DNA of 64,000 bases from Octopus sinensis (GCF_006345805.1 NC_042997.1:181660001-181724000), one strand, 5' to 3'; positions 40,100 through 54,101 are shown, numbered from the stretch's first letter. A program made the numbers and translations. Notes: generated by a model from the sequence alone, not told the origin.

Positions 40100-41357
40100 C
40101 CTACACCGAATCCAAAAGGAACTCCATTCAATTGTTTGACGAAGATATCCATCACCAATAAACACCGACCACCTGCTCACAGATAGACTCTTTTTTTTTA
40201 CTCTGCATCTTTAGTCACTAATTCATTGGTATCTGCTTATCTACATTAGAAACAGCATACCTATCTGTTCACACACGCTAGTGTCTGCTGTCTTTCTATA
40301 TCTTGTGACTTTCACTGAGTGCACCCTCACTCTTTCTCAAACCCTGATACTTAATAACTTAATAATTATCCGTTCCTTTTCTTCACAGATAGCAACCTCT
40401 TAGAATTTTCTCAGAGCCCAAATTTCCTCTAAACACAAACACTTAGCTGAACATCACTCACACTAATACAACGAGTTTGCAATGACTTTCAGTTATCATC
40501 CTCCGTTGGTTAACTTATAAATACCAAATAAGGTAAATGTTACAAACTTCGAAGCCTCTTACATTCTTTCTGCTTTTTTATTTCATGATATAGTGCATAT
40601 AGCTTACAACCATGCCAGCCGCTCTAAATTTTTATTTTTATTTTTGTATTTCTTTACAGAAGGAAAGAAATCAATGCTAAGCCTTTCCTGAAGATGTAGC
40701 AGCTTTTAAGAATTAATTGCTCGGTTCTAATTTCAATCGATGGTTTTCTTGTCTACATGATTTATTTTCTTAATTATTTACGTGTCGCAGAACGGTTTTA
40801 GATGTCGTATAAACTCATAGGCCGTTTGTGTTTTCTGGTGTGAAAGTGATTAGTTCGTACAAAATATTTTTGCATTCGTTATTTATGCATGAGGTATGGT
40901 TTTCTAATTTTGTAATCAGAGTAGATTGCATTTTATTTATTTTTTTTTATGTAGGTGATAGGTACTTAAATCAACTACACAATTTCTCGAACAAGCCCTC
41001 GGTCTCCATCTTGTCTTCGTTATGTAAGCCAGCATTGATTAACATTTCATTCGTACAGTCTGTATCTTTCGCAGTTTTAAATTCCATATTTAACGACACT
41101 TCGTGATACATATCGCAAAACATCTTATTACTGCTATATTAATTTCAATAAAAAATATCTTAAGAACCTCAAAAGTCAACCAGTAGAAATTACTTAAGCA
41201 CCGAGCAAAAGATGGAAATAAATTATCTTGTTAATTAGTCTAAATCGATAGATTTCGATGATAACAATCTCTTCGTCAAAGCAAGTTTCATTACTGCACT
41301 AATTATTGGTTGAAAGGAAACCTGGTCATTAACATTCAAAAGAATCATTAAGGCACC

Positions 41358-41358
41358 T

Positions 41359-41412
<54 letters not shown>

Positions 41413-41449
41413 ACTACTACTACTGCTACTGCTGCTGCTGCTGCTGCTG

Positions 41450-41484
<35 letters not shown>

Positions 41485-41491
41485 GCTACTA

Positions 41492-41535
<44 letters not shown>

Positions 41536-41545
41536 AGTGTTGCTG
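41358..41545. repeat. (CTA)n/(CTG)n compound microsatellite
   Basis: Direct reading. Confidence 0.95.
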
Positions 41546-41788
41546 CTTACTTATTTACTTAGATACCTGTTTATTTCATAGCTAATCTTTTGAACAGATA
41601 AGTTGAAACATTTAGAAATAGCTACGTGCGAATTTGCTTCGCTGATTTCTGTCTTTTTTTTTTCATTCTTCTGTAAAAGGGAAATATTTAAGTCTTTGAT
41701 GACGCTTTATTGTCATGCGGTTAATATATTTCAGTTGGAAAACATTTTAGATAAAAATCAAATGTTTCCTTCCTTTGACAACTTTTGT

Positions 41789-41790
41789 TG

Positions 41791-41822
<32 letters not shown>

Positions 41823-42052
41823 GTGGTAGTGATGGTAATGATGATGATGATGACGATGATGATGGTGACGATGACGATGACGATGACGATGATGATGATG
41901 ATGATGATGATGATGACGATGATGACGATGACGATGATGATGGTGACGATGACGATGACGATGACGATGATGATGATGATGATGACGATGACGATGATGA
42001 TGATGATGGTGGTAGTGATGGTAGTAGTGGTGGTGGTGGTAGTAGTAGTGAC

Positions 42053-42090
<38 letters not shown>

Positions 42091-42702
42091 CGATGACGAT
42101 GACGATGATGATGGTGACGATGACGATGACGATGATGATGATGATGATGACGATGACGATGACGATGATGATGATGATGATGACGATGACGATGACGATG
42201 ATGATGATGATGGTGGTAGTGATGGTAATGATGATGATGATGACGATGATGATGGTGACGATGACGATGACGATGACGATGATGATGATGATGATGATGA
42301 TGATGACGATGACGACGATGACGATGATGATGGTGACGATGACGATGACGATGACGATGATGATGATGATGATGACGATGACGATGATGATGATGATGGT
42401 GGTAGTGATGGTAGTAGTGGTGGTGGTGGTAGTAGTAGTGATGATGATGATGATGAGATGATGATGATGATGATGACGATGACGATGATGATGGTGACGA
42501 TGACGATGACGATGATGATGATGATGATGACGATGACGATGACGATGATGATGATGACGATGACGATGACGATGATGATGATGATGATGACGATGACGAT
42601 GACGATGACGATGATGATGATGATGATGATGACGATGATGATGATGATTATGATGATGATGATGATGATGATGACGATGATGATGATGATAACGACAATG
42701 AC
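41789..42702. repeat. (GAT/GAC)n compound trinucleotide array with 390-bp higher-order duplication
   Basis: Landmarks ggtggtagtgatggtaat (~41822, ~42212) and ggtggtagtgatggtagtagtggt (~42008, ~42398) recur 390 bp apart. Confidence 0.9.
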
Positions 42703-42944
42703 CTAGGAGATGCTGAAGTTAATATCATTATAAATAACCATATTCAGTGTTCGACTCGATTGTGTGCAGCGTTGAGCGAAAAAAAAGGCACATCAGCTGA
42801 TAGCTGCGACGCTTGGCTATCGGAAGTTACTTTCCTAAGAATATTTAATATCAAATCTTCTATGAGATAGAGACAAGAAACATTCGTATTAGTAACTGTT
42901 GTCGTAATTTTGTCTGCCAGCTCGTCACCTTTCTGTTGATTATA

Positions 42945-43527
42945 ATCTTTGCTACTCTAGGCACAAGGCCCGAAATTTTGGGGGAGGGAGATAGTCGATT
43001 ACATCGACTCCAGGATGCAACTGGTACTTAATTTATCGACCCCGAAAGGATGAAAGGCAAAGTCGGCCTCGGCGGAATTTGAACTCAGAACGTAGCAGCA
43101 GACGAAATACCAATTTCTTTACAACCCGCAAGGGGCTAAACAGAGAGGGGACAAACAAGGACAGACAAACGGATTAAGTCGATTATATCGACACCAGTGC
43201 GTAACTGATACTTATTTAATCGACCCCGAAAGGATGAAAGGCAAAGTCGGCCTCGGCGGAATTTGAACTCAGAACGTAGCAGCAGACGAAATACCAATTT
43301 CTTTACAACCCACAAGGGGCTAAACAGAGAAGGGACAAACAAGGACAGACAAACGGATTAAGTCGATTATATCGACACCAGTGCATAACTGGTACTTATT
43401 TAATCGACCCCGAAAGGATGAAAGGCAAAGTCGACCTTGGCAGAATTTGAACTCAGAATGTAACGGCAGACGAAATACGGCTACGTATTTCGCCCGGCGT
43501 GCTAACGTCTCTGCCATCTCGCCGCCT
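42945..43527 (-). mobile_element. SINE group C trimer
   Basis: One head plus three bodies joined at aaagaaatt|ggtatttcgtctgctg; the last unit has an alternative tail. Confidence 0.85.
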
Positions 43528-43659
43528 TTCTGTAGATTATAATGATAGCTAGATGTTAGTTTCGTGTACTTTGTATTTTGTTCTAGAAATATTATCTCAT
43601 ACTTTCTTAGAGGTAACAGGACTTCAATATATAATGATTTTTAATCTTTTTCAAGACAG

Positions 43660-44075
43660 TAGGCGCAGGGGTGGCTGTGTGGTAAGTAGCTTGCTAACCA
43701 ACCACATGGTTCAGGGTTCAGTCCCACTGCGTGGCATCTTGGGCAAGTGTCTTCTGCTATAGCCCCGGTCCGACCAATGCCTTGTGAGTGGATTTGGTAG
43801 ATGGAAACTGAAAGAAGCCTGTCGTATATATGTATATATATATATGCATGTGTGTGTGTGTGTTTGTGTGTCTGTGTTTGTCCCCCTAGCATTGCTTGAC
43901 AACCGATGCTGGTGTGTTTACGTCCCCGTTACTTAGCGGTTCGGCAAAAGCGACCGATAGAATAAGTACTGGGCTTACAAAGAATAAGTCCCGGGGTCGA
44001 TTTGCTCGACAAAAAAGGCGGTGCTCCAGCATGGCCGCAGTCAAATGACTGAAACAAGTAAAAGAATAAAAGAAA
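43660..44075 (+). mobile_element. SINE group A
   Basis: Near-consensus full copy. Confidence 0.9.
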
Positions 44076-44944
44076 AAGAAAAGAATAGTATTTTGGGATC
44101 TGCGGAAGATTTGACAGCTTTTTTTCTTCCACAGACTTTCGCGTGTGAGATTGTGCTGTTTCCTCCATATGTATAAATAGAATATATTCTTGTGGTGCAC
44201 TCAACTTTGGAACTGTTTAGTTAAGACACGCAATGAAAATAAAAAGGCAGCAAAGTCCTTGTATGGCATGCGCGGTATTAATATTCGCTACCTGTATTTG
44301 TTGAGCATTTTCGTTCACTTGGGCGTGAAAATATATGTGGTTGTAATAAGAAGACATCATCAGAAATATGTCAGGTCTATGTATGTGCATTTGTACGCAA
44401 GTGTATATATTCGTGGATGAGAGCGCGCAAAATCGGTTAGTGACGAAAGATATTTATAACCAAATTCCCAAAACAAATAACACTCCCCCCCCCATCAACG
44501 TTTTGTCACCCACGAGAAAAAGAAAGCAAGAACTACATCCGTGATTCATATTATCAATTACAAAAACATGCATGTATGTATATACATATGTATATGAATA
44601 TACGTGTGTGTGTGTGTGTGTCTACTTATATGTATGTATGAAAATATATATATATATATATATAATATATATAATATATATATATATATAATATACATAC
44701 AACACACATATATATATATATATGTACATACACATACATGCATATATGCTTATGTATATGTGTGTGGATGTCTATGTATGTATGTATGTATGTATGTATG
44801 TATGTATGTATGTATGTATGTATGTATGTATGTATGTATGTGTGTTTGCGCTCGTGTGTGTGTGTGTGTAAATATTTATGTGTCTTTGTATGTTTTCCAG
44901 ATGATAACTTTTGAAGTATCAGAACTGTCATTGTGGACGTTTGT

Positions 44945-45068
44945 TGTATTATTTATTATTATTATTATTATTTATTATTATTATTATTATTATTATCATT
45001 AGTATCATTATTATTTTATTTTATTATTATTATTATTATTATTTATTTATATTATATTATTATTATTA

Positions 45069-45104
<36 letters not shown>

Positions 45105-45112
45105 TATTATTA

Positions 45113-45145
<33 letters not shown>

Positions 45146-45181
45146 GATTTTTATTATTATTATTATTATTTATTATTATTA

Positions 45182-45219
<38 letters not shown>

Positions 45220-45440
45220 CATTATTATTATTCATTATTATTATCATTATTATTATTATTAATTATTATTATTATTATTATTATTATCTATTATTATTAT
45301 TATTATTTATTATTATTATTATTATTTATTATTATTATATCATATTATTATATCATTATTATCATTATATTATTATTATTATTATTATTAATTATTATTA
45401 TTTATTATTATTATTATCATTATTATTATTATCATTATTA

Positions 45441-45474
<34 letters not shown>

Positions 45475-45525
45475 CATTATTATTATTATTATTATTATTA
45501 TAGTAGTAGTAATAGTAGTAGTAGT
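44945..45525. repeat. (ATT)n degenerate microsatellite
   Basis: Direct reading. Confidence 0.95.
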
Positions 45526-46017
45526 TATCACGTTGGTGGTAGAGAATAGATGTTCCGGGGACGTCGAATATACAGGTGTAATTTGGTAAAGGAGTTGTCT
45601 CGTGGGGGAATCACTGAACTGTTTAAATCGCATTCCTGTTTTATATTTAGATGAAAGATTCGAAGAAGGACGCTGTTACACTATCTTTTTTTCTACTGTT
45701 TTCTACTATCTTTTGTTCTTGTTTTCTCTTTTCATTTTCTTTCTGTTTGTTTCTCTTCGAAGTTGACATCAAACATAAAAGATAATATTTGTTGTTAAGC
45801 TTCTTATGTTACATGCTTACACGCATGTTCATGTACCAATCAACACGAACATCAACACGTAGGCATGAAGAAACATGCGCGTATATACACACACACCTAG
45901 GCATACACAAACAACCAGACTCAGAGAAATATGTGTATGTGTGTGTGTGTAGATATGCGTGTGTATATAGATGTGTATATGAAGTCTGCATGTCTTTATA
46001 TATATAGTTAATCCAAA

Positions 46018-46212
46018 CATGAAAACACAAAGAGAAAACACAACAACGCGAGGACGTGGAACAAATATAGTATTATTGGACGCTCAGGAAGGAAGCGAAG
46101 AAGGAGGGTTTAACGTTTCGAGCGGAGCTCTTCGTCGGAAACATAGGAGAAGGAAAGATCCAGAGAAGGGAAGACAGAGGAAAAAAAACCGCCAACGGTA
46201 CACACGCGGTCA
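46018..46212 (-). mobile_element. Short HHR-bearing element family P
   Basis: Related to family Q (shared acgctcaggaag...tttaacgtttcgagc); contains the HHR at 46108-46142. Confidence 0.7.
46108..46142 (-). ncRNA. Minimal hammerhead motif (U4C core)
   Basis: GUUU CCGACGA a GAGC-ucc-GCUC GAA ACGU U^ AAAC; all stems pair. Confidence 0.75.
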
Positions 46213-46244
46213 CATTTTATATATATATATATGTACAGCCATGA

Positions 46245-46405
46245 TAGATCGGTAGCCACTACACACATTTTTTCTCTCCTTGTTTCTTTCTGTGTTCCTT
46301 TCTGTGGAAGAGCGTAGGCTTGAAACGTAAAATACTTTTTCACATCTGTTTGCTCTCTACACCACCTGTCTTCGTCTTTTGTTTTTTTTCGTGAATTCTC
46401 CCTAT
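46245..46405 (+). mobile_element. Short HHR-bearing element family Q
   Basis: HHR motif at 46298-46333: CUUU CUGUGGA a GAGC-guag-GCUU GAA ACGU A^ AAA. Confidence 0.75.
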
Positions 46406-46640
46406 ATATAATATATATATATATATATTATATATATATATATATATTTACAAACGCACACATACACACGCAGGCACGCGCGTATGCACACACGCAAGCA
46501 TATTAACACACACACACACACACATATATTAATATATATATATATGTGATAAAAACTTCTTTAGGTTAAAAGAATGCAAAATGAAATATAAAGGTGAAGA
46601 CAGAACAACAACTGAAGTTTAACTCTGTATTTCTTCAATA

Positions 46641-46670
46641 TTTCGGGGTTAAAACCACTTCATCAGGCAC
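46641..46670 (-). ncRNA. Partial or degenerate hammerhead core
   Basis: CUGAUGA a GUGG-uuuuaa-CCCC GAAA; stems I and III not recoverable. Confidence 0.4.
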
Positions 46671-46677
46671 ATAAAAA

Positions 46678-46858
46678 GGTAGGGTGGCAGAATCGTTAGC
46701 GGAATTTTATGTGTCTTTAAGTTCAAATTCCGTGGACATCGACTTTGCCTTTCATCCTTTCGGAGTCGATGAAATAAGTACCAGTTAAGCACTGACATCG
46801 ATGTAATTCACTAGTCCCCTTCCCCTAAATGTTAGGTCTTGTGCCTATAGTGGAAAGA
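46678..46858 (+). mobile_element. SINE group C variant (alternative tail)
   Basis: Head and body as group C; tail cccct...gccttgtgcct... as at 42945 and 62599. Confidence 0.7.
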
Positions 46859-47248
46859 ATATTGTGTGTGTGTGTGTGTTTGTGTGTATGTGTGTGTGTG
46901 TGTGTGTGTGCATGTATGAATAAACATGCACAAATACGCATGCACAGGTAAAATACCCAGGCACTCCAACTGCATATAAACTTAATAGTAAAGTAAGTTT
47001 CTACCTTGGTTGGTGTATTAAACCAATAAATTTTATCTATTTGAAATTCCCTCTCTTTCGTGCTGGGTTGGATCATTATCAGAGTGGCTGAGGTTAAGCA
47101 AATGGGGATGGGATGTCCTGGCATGTTCAGGTCTTGTTGAGACTCATGAAGTCTCAAACTGCATTTCATAGTTGCTGGTAAGTGCGCTTGTATGGCATTC
47201 CTACAGTTAAGTGAAAGTGCAACAGAAAGATACTGAACCGAACTAATG

Positions 47249-47660
47249 AAGGCGGCGAGCTGGCAGAAACGTTAGCACGCCGGGCGAAATGCGTAGCCGT
47301 ATTTCGTCTGCCGTTACGTTATGAGTTCAAATTCCGCCGAGGTCGACTTTGCCTTTCATCCTTTTGGGGTCGATAAATTAAGTACCAGTTGTGTACTGGG
47401 TCGATGTAATCGACTTAATCCGTTTGTCTGTCCTTGTTTGTCCCTTCTGTGCCCATTGTGGGTAGTAAAAAAATTGGTATTTCGTCTGCTGATACGTTCT
47501 GAGTTCAAATTCCGCCGAAGCCGACTTTGCCTTTCATCCTTTCGGGGTCGATTAAATAAGTACCAGTTACGCACTGGTGTCGATATAATCGACTTAATCC
47601 GTTTGTCTGTCCTTGTTTGTCCCCTCTGTCTGTAGCCCCTTGTGGGTAGTAAAGAAATAA
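47249..47660 (+). mobile_element. SINE group C dimer with ~15-bp TSD
   Basis: AGAAAGATACTGAAC at 47224-47238 and 47660-47674. Confidence 0.85.
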
Positions 47661-48448
47661 GAAAGATACTGAACTATATAATTACTTCAACGTTATTGTT
47701 GTACGAGATTTATCTGAACTGTCAAAGGATTATGCTTCAATCCGTCTGACAAAATAAACTCAAAGCTTCCTGGGTAGCACAAACAAATGCATTTATCAGA
47801 ATTGCTATCGTTCTGAACGCGTGTCTATTACCACTGAAAATAATAACTTAAGCTCAGTTTAGAGCTGATGATTCCACAAATTCAATGTCGAATAGAAGAT
47901 GAAATTACGGAGTAATATTTCATTATTCATATATCACTACATCTTTTAACTTTTACTTCTTTCAGTCTTTGGACTGTAGCCATGCTGTGGTATCGCCTTC
48001 AATGTAACAAAATATGTAATGTTTATTAAATTTATTACCTGCAAATATTTAGTTCAATCCTTCTCATAACTGGAGATCATCTCAGGGAATAAAACCCTCA
48101 ATCTTAAAATGATATCCTTTTTCTCACCTGAAATCAGTTGCCGTTGACATTCGACATCTATTTAGCTTGTGCTGAAGCAAAGAATTTGTATGGTATTTAA
48201 TATATCTCTCTTCGTCATTTTTGACCAAATTCATGCTACTGGCTAAGCTCAATTTTGTTTCAATTTTGCAAATTTCATAAAGCCATAAATATTGCCCACT
48301 CTTTATGTAAACGTCTGAATTCTATGTTTTGCTGAAGTCAATGTAGAGGAGCGCTGTTGACGTTACTTAGCGCAGAAACGCTTATGCACAGCAGTCTCCC
48401 CTGTATGTAGAAAATCAGATTGCCTTTTCCTTAACGGTATGTTAATTC

Positions 48449-48683
48449 AAGGCGGCGAGCTGGCAGAAACGTTAGTACGCCGGGCGAAATGCGAATCCGT
48501 ATTTCGTCTGCCGTTACGTTCTGAGTTCAAATCCCGCCGAGGTCGACTTTGCCTTTCATCCTTTCGGGGTCGATAAATTAATTACCAGTTACGCACTGGG
48601 ATCGATATAATTGACTTAATCCGCTTGTCTGTCCTTGTTTGTCCTCTCTGTGTTTAGCCCCTTGTGGGTAGTAAAGAAATAGG
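48449..48683 (+). mobile_element. SINE group C monomer
   Basis: Near-consensus; TTAATTCAA(G) on both flanks. Confidence 0.9.
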
Positions 48684-49675
48684 TATATTAATTCAAGAAA
48701 CAGATTATTTTGAAACGATGGTACTTTCAGTAATTCTATAATTTTTATAGAATGATATTTAGTGTAACTTTTCTCTTATCTATCTCCCCTCCCCCTCTCT
48801 CTTCCTATGCATATACTCTATGTTTGTACCATAGTTCCATGCTGGTATCCTGTAATTTGGACACAGCGATCTTATGCTGTCTCTGTCGTAGTTATTGAAG
48901 CAAAATACAAGAAATGGCCGTATCACGTGATGTTGACGTCTCCATTGCTGTACCAAATTCCCTCAAGAAAGTGATATTCCTCACTATAGCTTTTCACTAC
49001 GCAATATTTGCCGTCGTGATCAAAGCGAAAAGTATGTTCTTGTTTAATCTTAGAGCAAGCAGCCAATGTTATTTTTCTTCCAATGTCAGTTATGTTTTTA
49101 TTGTGAAATTCCATGCTTGTGGATGCTTGTATCATTTTCATATCGTGCAATATTATCATGTTTACTTAAATGCTTTATATATATTACTTACATCATAATA
49201 ACTGGTACCTGTTTACATGCAGAAAAATCACAAACGTAACAAATACAACAGCGTGTCTTTTGTAATACAACCGTACAACTAAGATTTCTTAAAGTACCCT
49301 GGGCTTTGAAAAATATTCTAATTGTTTACGTAACTTTACGCTGGTGATATTGTTTGGTTTACTATTCGACTGTATACGCAACGCTTTTTGGACATTTACA
49401 CACGGCATGTAGCTTAATGCCGTCACATACTTTACTGAGGTTGAAAGGCATTGAAAAGTTGTTTCAGCTTTGCATCAAATTATTAGCTATTTATAGAATT
49501 GTACAATGGATTTCATGCATTAAATTAACATTTTTATAATAATTTGCAAATTATTCCCATTACGTATTAAATAATTAATATTTATGGCTTTCGCCTAGTG
49601 AGAAAGAACCTACCTCACCAGCCCAGAGGGCACATTCCTGATGCACAAGCGTACGTGAAAACATGCAAATACACG

Positions 49676-49743
<68 letters not shown>

Positions 49744-49839
49744 ATATTTATGAATTTGTATTCAAATATTGGGAGATTATACACAGATATATACTCATTT
49801 ACGTTCACATATGTATGTACGTGTGAATGTATGTATGTG

Positions 49840-49871
<32 letters not shown>

Positions 49872-50291
49872 GTGCGTGCATGTATGTATGTATGTATATA
49901 TGTATGTATGTATAGTGCGTGTATTTGTGCAAATATTATCATGCATAAAGGAACGACCAGAGATAGGAAAATTTCAGCTATTTTTTTGCACACCACACTT
50001 CTTTAAATATACAATCTACGCTTGGTAGAATCGGTGCAAAATGTCTATAAATACAGCATCACGATTTCTTTGTAAATAACATTTCTACATATACTGAATG
50101 ATACTATTACAATGCTTAAAATATCTGTGCATGCTTGCTGCCGTACACACAATATCGGTGTGGCGTTCAACATGTTTATATACACTATATCACTATTACA
50201 CTATTATCATACATATCTGATGTCTATGTATATTGCGCCAGTATCACTATGGATGCACAATGTCTTTATACATACATACACACACACACAC

Positions 50292-50369
<78 letters not shown>

Positions 50370-51597
50370 TATATTATATATATATATGTATGTGTGTATG
50401 TGTGTGTGTGAGTATGTGTATGTTTGGACTTATATATATATATGTGTGTGTGTTGTTGTGTGTTCATTGTATGTACTTTAGCACACCGATGGTAACTTCT
50501 TCAATCTATGGTAGCCAAATGCCAAAGCAAAGGAGGCTTGTGTGTTGGTATGGGATCTTCTCTATGCTCATGATTGTTGCTTTACCTCTCGCATTCTTGA
50601 AGCTTCCCAGGATATCGTTGGTGACTTTGTCGGTGCCACTGTTCAGTATAGCCTGAACATCACTTTAAAGAACACGGTAATACTGAACTACCAATTTATC
50701 ACCGACACACTCTCCACTTATCCTATCCTCAACTTCAGCACTGAACCACGTAGGTCCATGGGCAAATTGTGTTTCCACAGTGGTGCAATTTAGCGGAATA
50801 CCAAGATCGATCGCGAGAAGGAACGTATCACCAAATCACAGTGTGATTTGGACGTCAAGTGCCGTAGGGTGATGGGAAAATGTTTGCTCATGGCAGAATA
50901 ACTCGGACGACAGTAATCGAGAGAAATGTCATTACTATGTAACGGAAAAGAGCGATGGATCGGCGGAATTGTTAAAGCATCAAGGGAAAATATATATTAG
51001 TGATAGATATTGATTGACAGATAGTTTGATAGAAGAATGATGTAAGAATAGGCGGTATATGATGATAAAAAATGTAAAACAGCCAATTTGGTTAAAGATA
51101 TCAAACGTGTAAATAAATTATCCAGAGATCTTATCTGAATCAAAAGTAATGAATTGTTCGATTCTACGTTTAGGTATAGAATGTATGGGGATCGAAGCCA
51201 ATATATTATTAGATATATCAGTAGATATCTTCTAAGAGAGTTTTCGAATGCTTTCCGTTTAATTAACGTAGAGTCTCTGTATCATTCAGCCAGGCGGAGA
51301 CTATTGTTACATTAGATGGTATATGTTTGTGCTGACTGAACTATGCAATGTAGCTCAATTGGGACCCGTTTAACAGTCTCACCTAGCACATTGGGCACCG
51401 TTTGGAGGAGTCCATAATGTTATAAGTATTCACGTCTTGCCTCTGCTTTCAGGACGTAGTGTTTCTTCTTCTTCTACTAGACTCAGAGGTTCTGTAAAGG
51501 TTCATGAGCGTCACATTCCCTTTCGATTAAAAGGCTATATACATACGCATATACACAAGCACACGCACACATATATATCTTTCTTTCTTTTTTTTTT

Positions 51598-51970
51598 TAT
51601 CTTTTTACTTGTTTCAGTCATTTGACTGTGGCCATGCTGGAGCACCGCCTTTAGTCGAGCAAATCGACCCTAGGACTTATTCTTTGTAAGCCTAGTACTT
51701 ATTCAATCGGCCTCTTTTGCCGAACCGCTAAGTTATGGGAATGTAAACACACCAGCATCGGTTGTCAAGCGATGTTGGGGGGAGGGGACAAACACACACA
51801 CACACATATATATATACATATATACAACGGGCTTCTTTCAGTTTCCGTCTACCAAATTCACTCACAAGGCTTTGGTCGGCCCGAGGCTATAGTAGAAGAC
51901 ACTTGCCCAAGTTGTCACGCAGTGGGACTGAACCCGGGACCATGTGGTTGGTAAGCAAGCTACTTACCAC
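51598..51970 (-). mobile_element. SINE group A
   Basis: Near-consensus reverse copy. Confidence 0.85.
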
Positions 51971-52419
51971 TGCGTGTGTATGTATATATGTGTGTGTGTG
52001 TGCGCGCGCTAACGGACGTTGAATTGTGTCAAATAAATTAGACAGGAATGCTTGCTACATGTTTGTAAGATTTAGTGTAGGTTTCTTTTTATATATTATT
52101 CTTAGGTTTGATAGTAATCCATTATATGTTAGAGAGCTTATTAGTCCTACCTGAATGGACATGTATTTTTTGCCATCGTTGGCCAAAGAATTTAGGCAGA
52201 TTTTTAAGTGTTTTTGGAATCTACTTTGCTCTGTCGAAATTTGATGTGATTTTATAAGGATGAATAAATCCCTTTCAAAGGAATTCAGATATTTGTTCGG
52301 AGGTGAACTTTTGCAGAATTAAACCATATTTCGTATCTTCATCGGATTCAAGTTTACCGTTGTCTATGAAATACGTCTGCCATTTCAGCCTTTCGGATAA
52401 TATATCAAAGAAGGTATAC

Positions 52420-52832
52420 TCTTTACTCTTTTACTTGTTTCAGTCATTTGACTGCGGCCATGCTGGAGCACCGCCTTTAGTCGAGCAAATCAACCCCGGG
52501 ACTTATTCTTTGTAAGCCCAGTACTTATTCTATCGGTCTCTTTTGCCGAACCGCTAAGTGACGGGGACGTAAACACACCAGCATCGGTTGTCAAGCAATG
52601 CTAGGGGGACAAACACAGACACAGAAACACATACACACACACACATATATACATATATATACATATATACGACATGCTTCTTTCAGTTTCCGTCTACCAA
52701 ATCCACTCACAAGGCATTGGTCGGCCCGGGGCTATAGCAGAAGACACTTGCCCAAGATGCCACGCAGTGGGACTGAACCCGGAACCATGTGGTTGGTTAG
52801 CAAGCTACTTACCACACAGCCACTCCTGCGCC
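52420..52832 (-). mobile_element. SINE group A
   Basis: Near-identical reverse complement of 43660-44075. Confidence 0.9.
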
Positions 52833-53133
52833 TATGTAGATACTCTTGATAGGAAAATCTAACGGATATGTTTCCATGTCCTGCTGTCTCCTTTGTATGA
52901 ATTGCAATGCTCTATACAGTAAACGGGAGCAAATATTTTGAATGAAAACACAAAGGTATAAACATGAAAGAAAAACAATACAAAATACAAAATCTAGTAT
53001 TATCTGCAATAAGTCTAAATTACATACATGAAATACGCGCTTCTAAGCGTCAAAACAGAATTTGATATTTTGTTGCGATCTAACACAGTTTTCTTTCTGA
53101 ATATTCAAACCAGCATAATTTTAGCACACAATC

Positions 53134-53189
<56 letters not shown>

Positions 53190-53299
53190 CACACACACAC
53201 ACACATACACACACACACGCACGCACAAATAAAGAAGATCTAACTATAAAGCGATATACGTTTGAATCTTAGTGGCCGACATATTACAATTGAGAAACA

Positions 53300-53490
53300 T
53301 TGGTTTCTAATTTTGTCACAAGTTCGGTGGAGGGATAAGTCGATTATATCGATCTCAGTTCTCAACGAGTACTTATTTTAACGACTTCGAAAGGCTAAAA
53401 AGTAAAGACGACCTCGTCGGAATTTGAACTCACAACGTAAAAAGCGGACGAAATAATGCTAAACATTTTGTCCGACGTGCTCGCCGCATT
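53300..53490 (-). mobile_element. SINE group C variant, diverged
   Basis: gaatttgaactc and acttattttaacgacttcgaaagg motifs. Confidence 0.6.
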
Positions 53491-53769
53491 ACAATTGGGA
53501 AATATTGACAAACGAATGATTTTCGTTTATGACATTTGAATAAGCAGCGCTGATAGAAAACGACTTTGCAGTGTTTACTGAATGTTCTTGACGTTCTCAA
53601 TTCAAACCCCTTCTGTTTTCGCCTTTTCCGTCGTTAATAAATTATGGTTGCATGTGGACACAATCTCACTATATCTTAATATGCGTGGTCTTGTGCCTAT
53701 ATTAGAAACCAATACACGTGTGATTGTGGTCCGGGTTAGAATCCAGCCATAATAATAATAATAATGATA

Positions 53770-53923
53770 AATTGCACTACTAGGCACTGCACACATCCTA
53801 CGCAGAACAATTTCCATACAATAACCATCAGAGCATCACAACAAATCACAGCACATACCCAAGGCACACAGAGCTGCGCTCGGTAGTGAAGTGAAAGCAC
53901 GCTATAAAAATAAAACTACTGAA
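53770..53923 (+). mobile_element. R4/Dong-like retrotransposon 3' end in (TAA)n
   Basis: Same sequence as the 3' part of 2243-2875; (TAA)n at 53749-53769 and 53924-53940. Confidence 0.85.
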
Positions 53924-54101
53924 TAATGATAATAATAATAGCAAAAAAAGAAGAGAGCCATTGTTATCAAGTTATCGATATTTCGACATCTCCTGTGTTT
54001 TCCACAGGTTCAAAAAATAGACTTGTCAATCTACTTCATTTTGGTTAATATTTATAGGATTGAGGTAATACCTCCAGAAGATGCATACACACACACACAC
54101 A

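Noticed and set aside
41603-42706. 367-aa poly-Asp ORF as a gene
   Set aside because: Trinucleotide array, TTG start, no unique domain; kept only as a low-interest finding.
50480-50800. Possible Gypsy integrase remnant or small minus-strand exon
   Set aside because: Only vague by-eye similarity, and the two readings are mutually incompatible.
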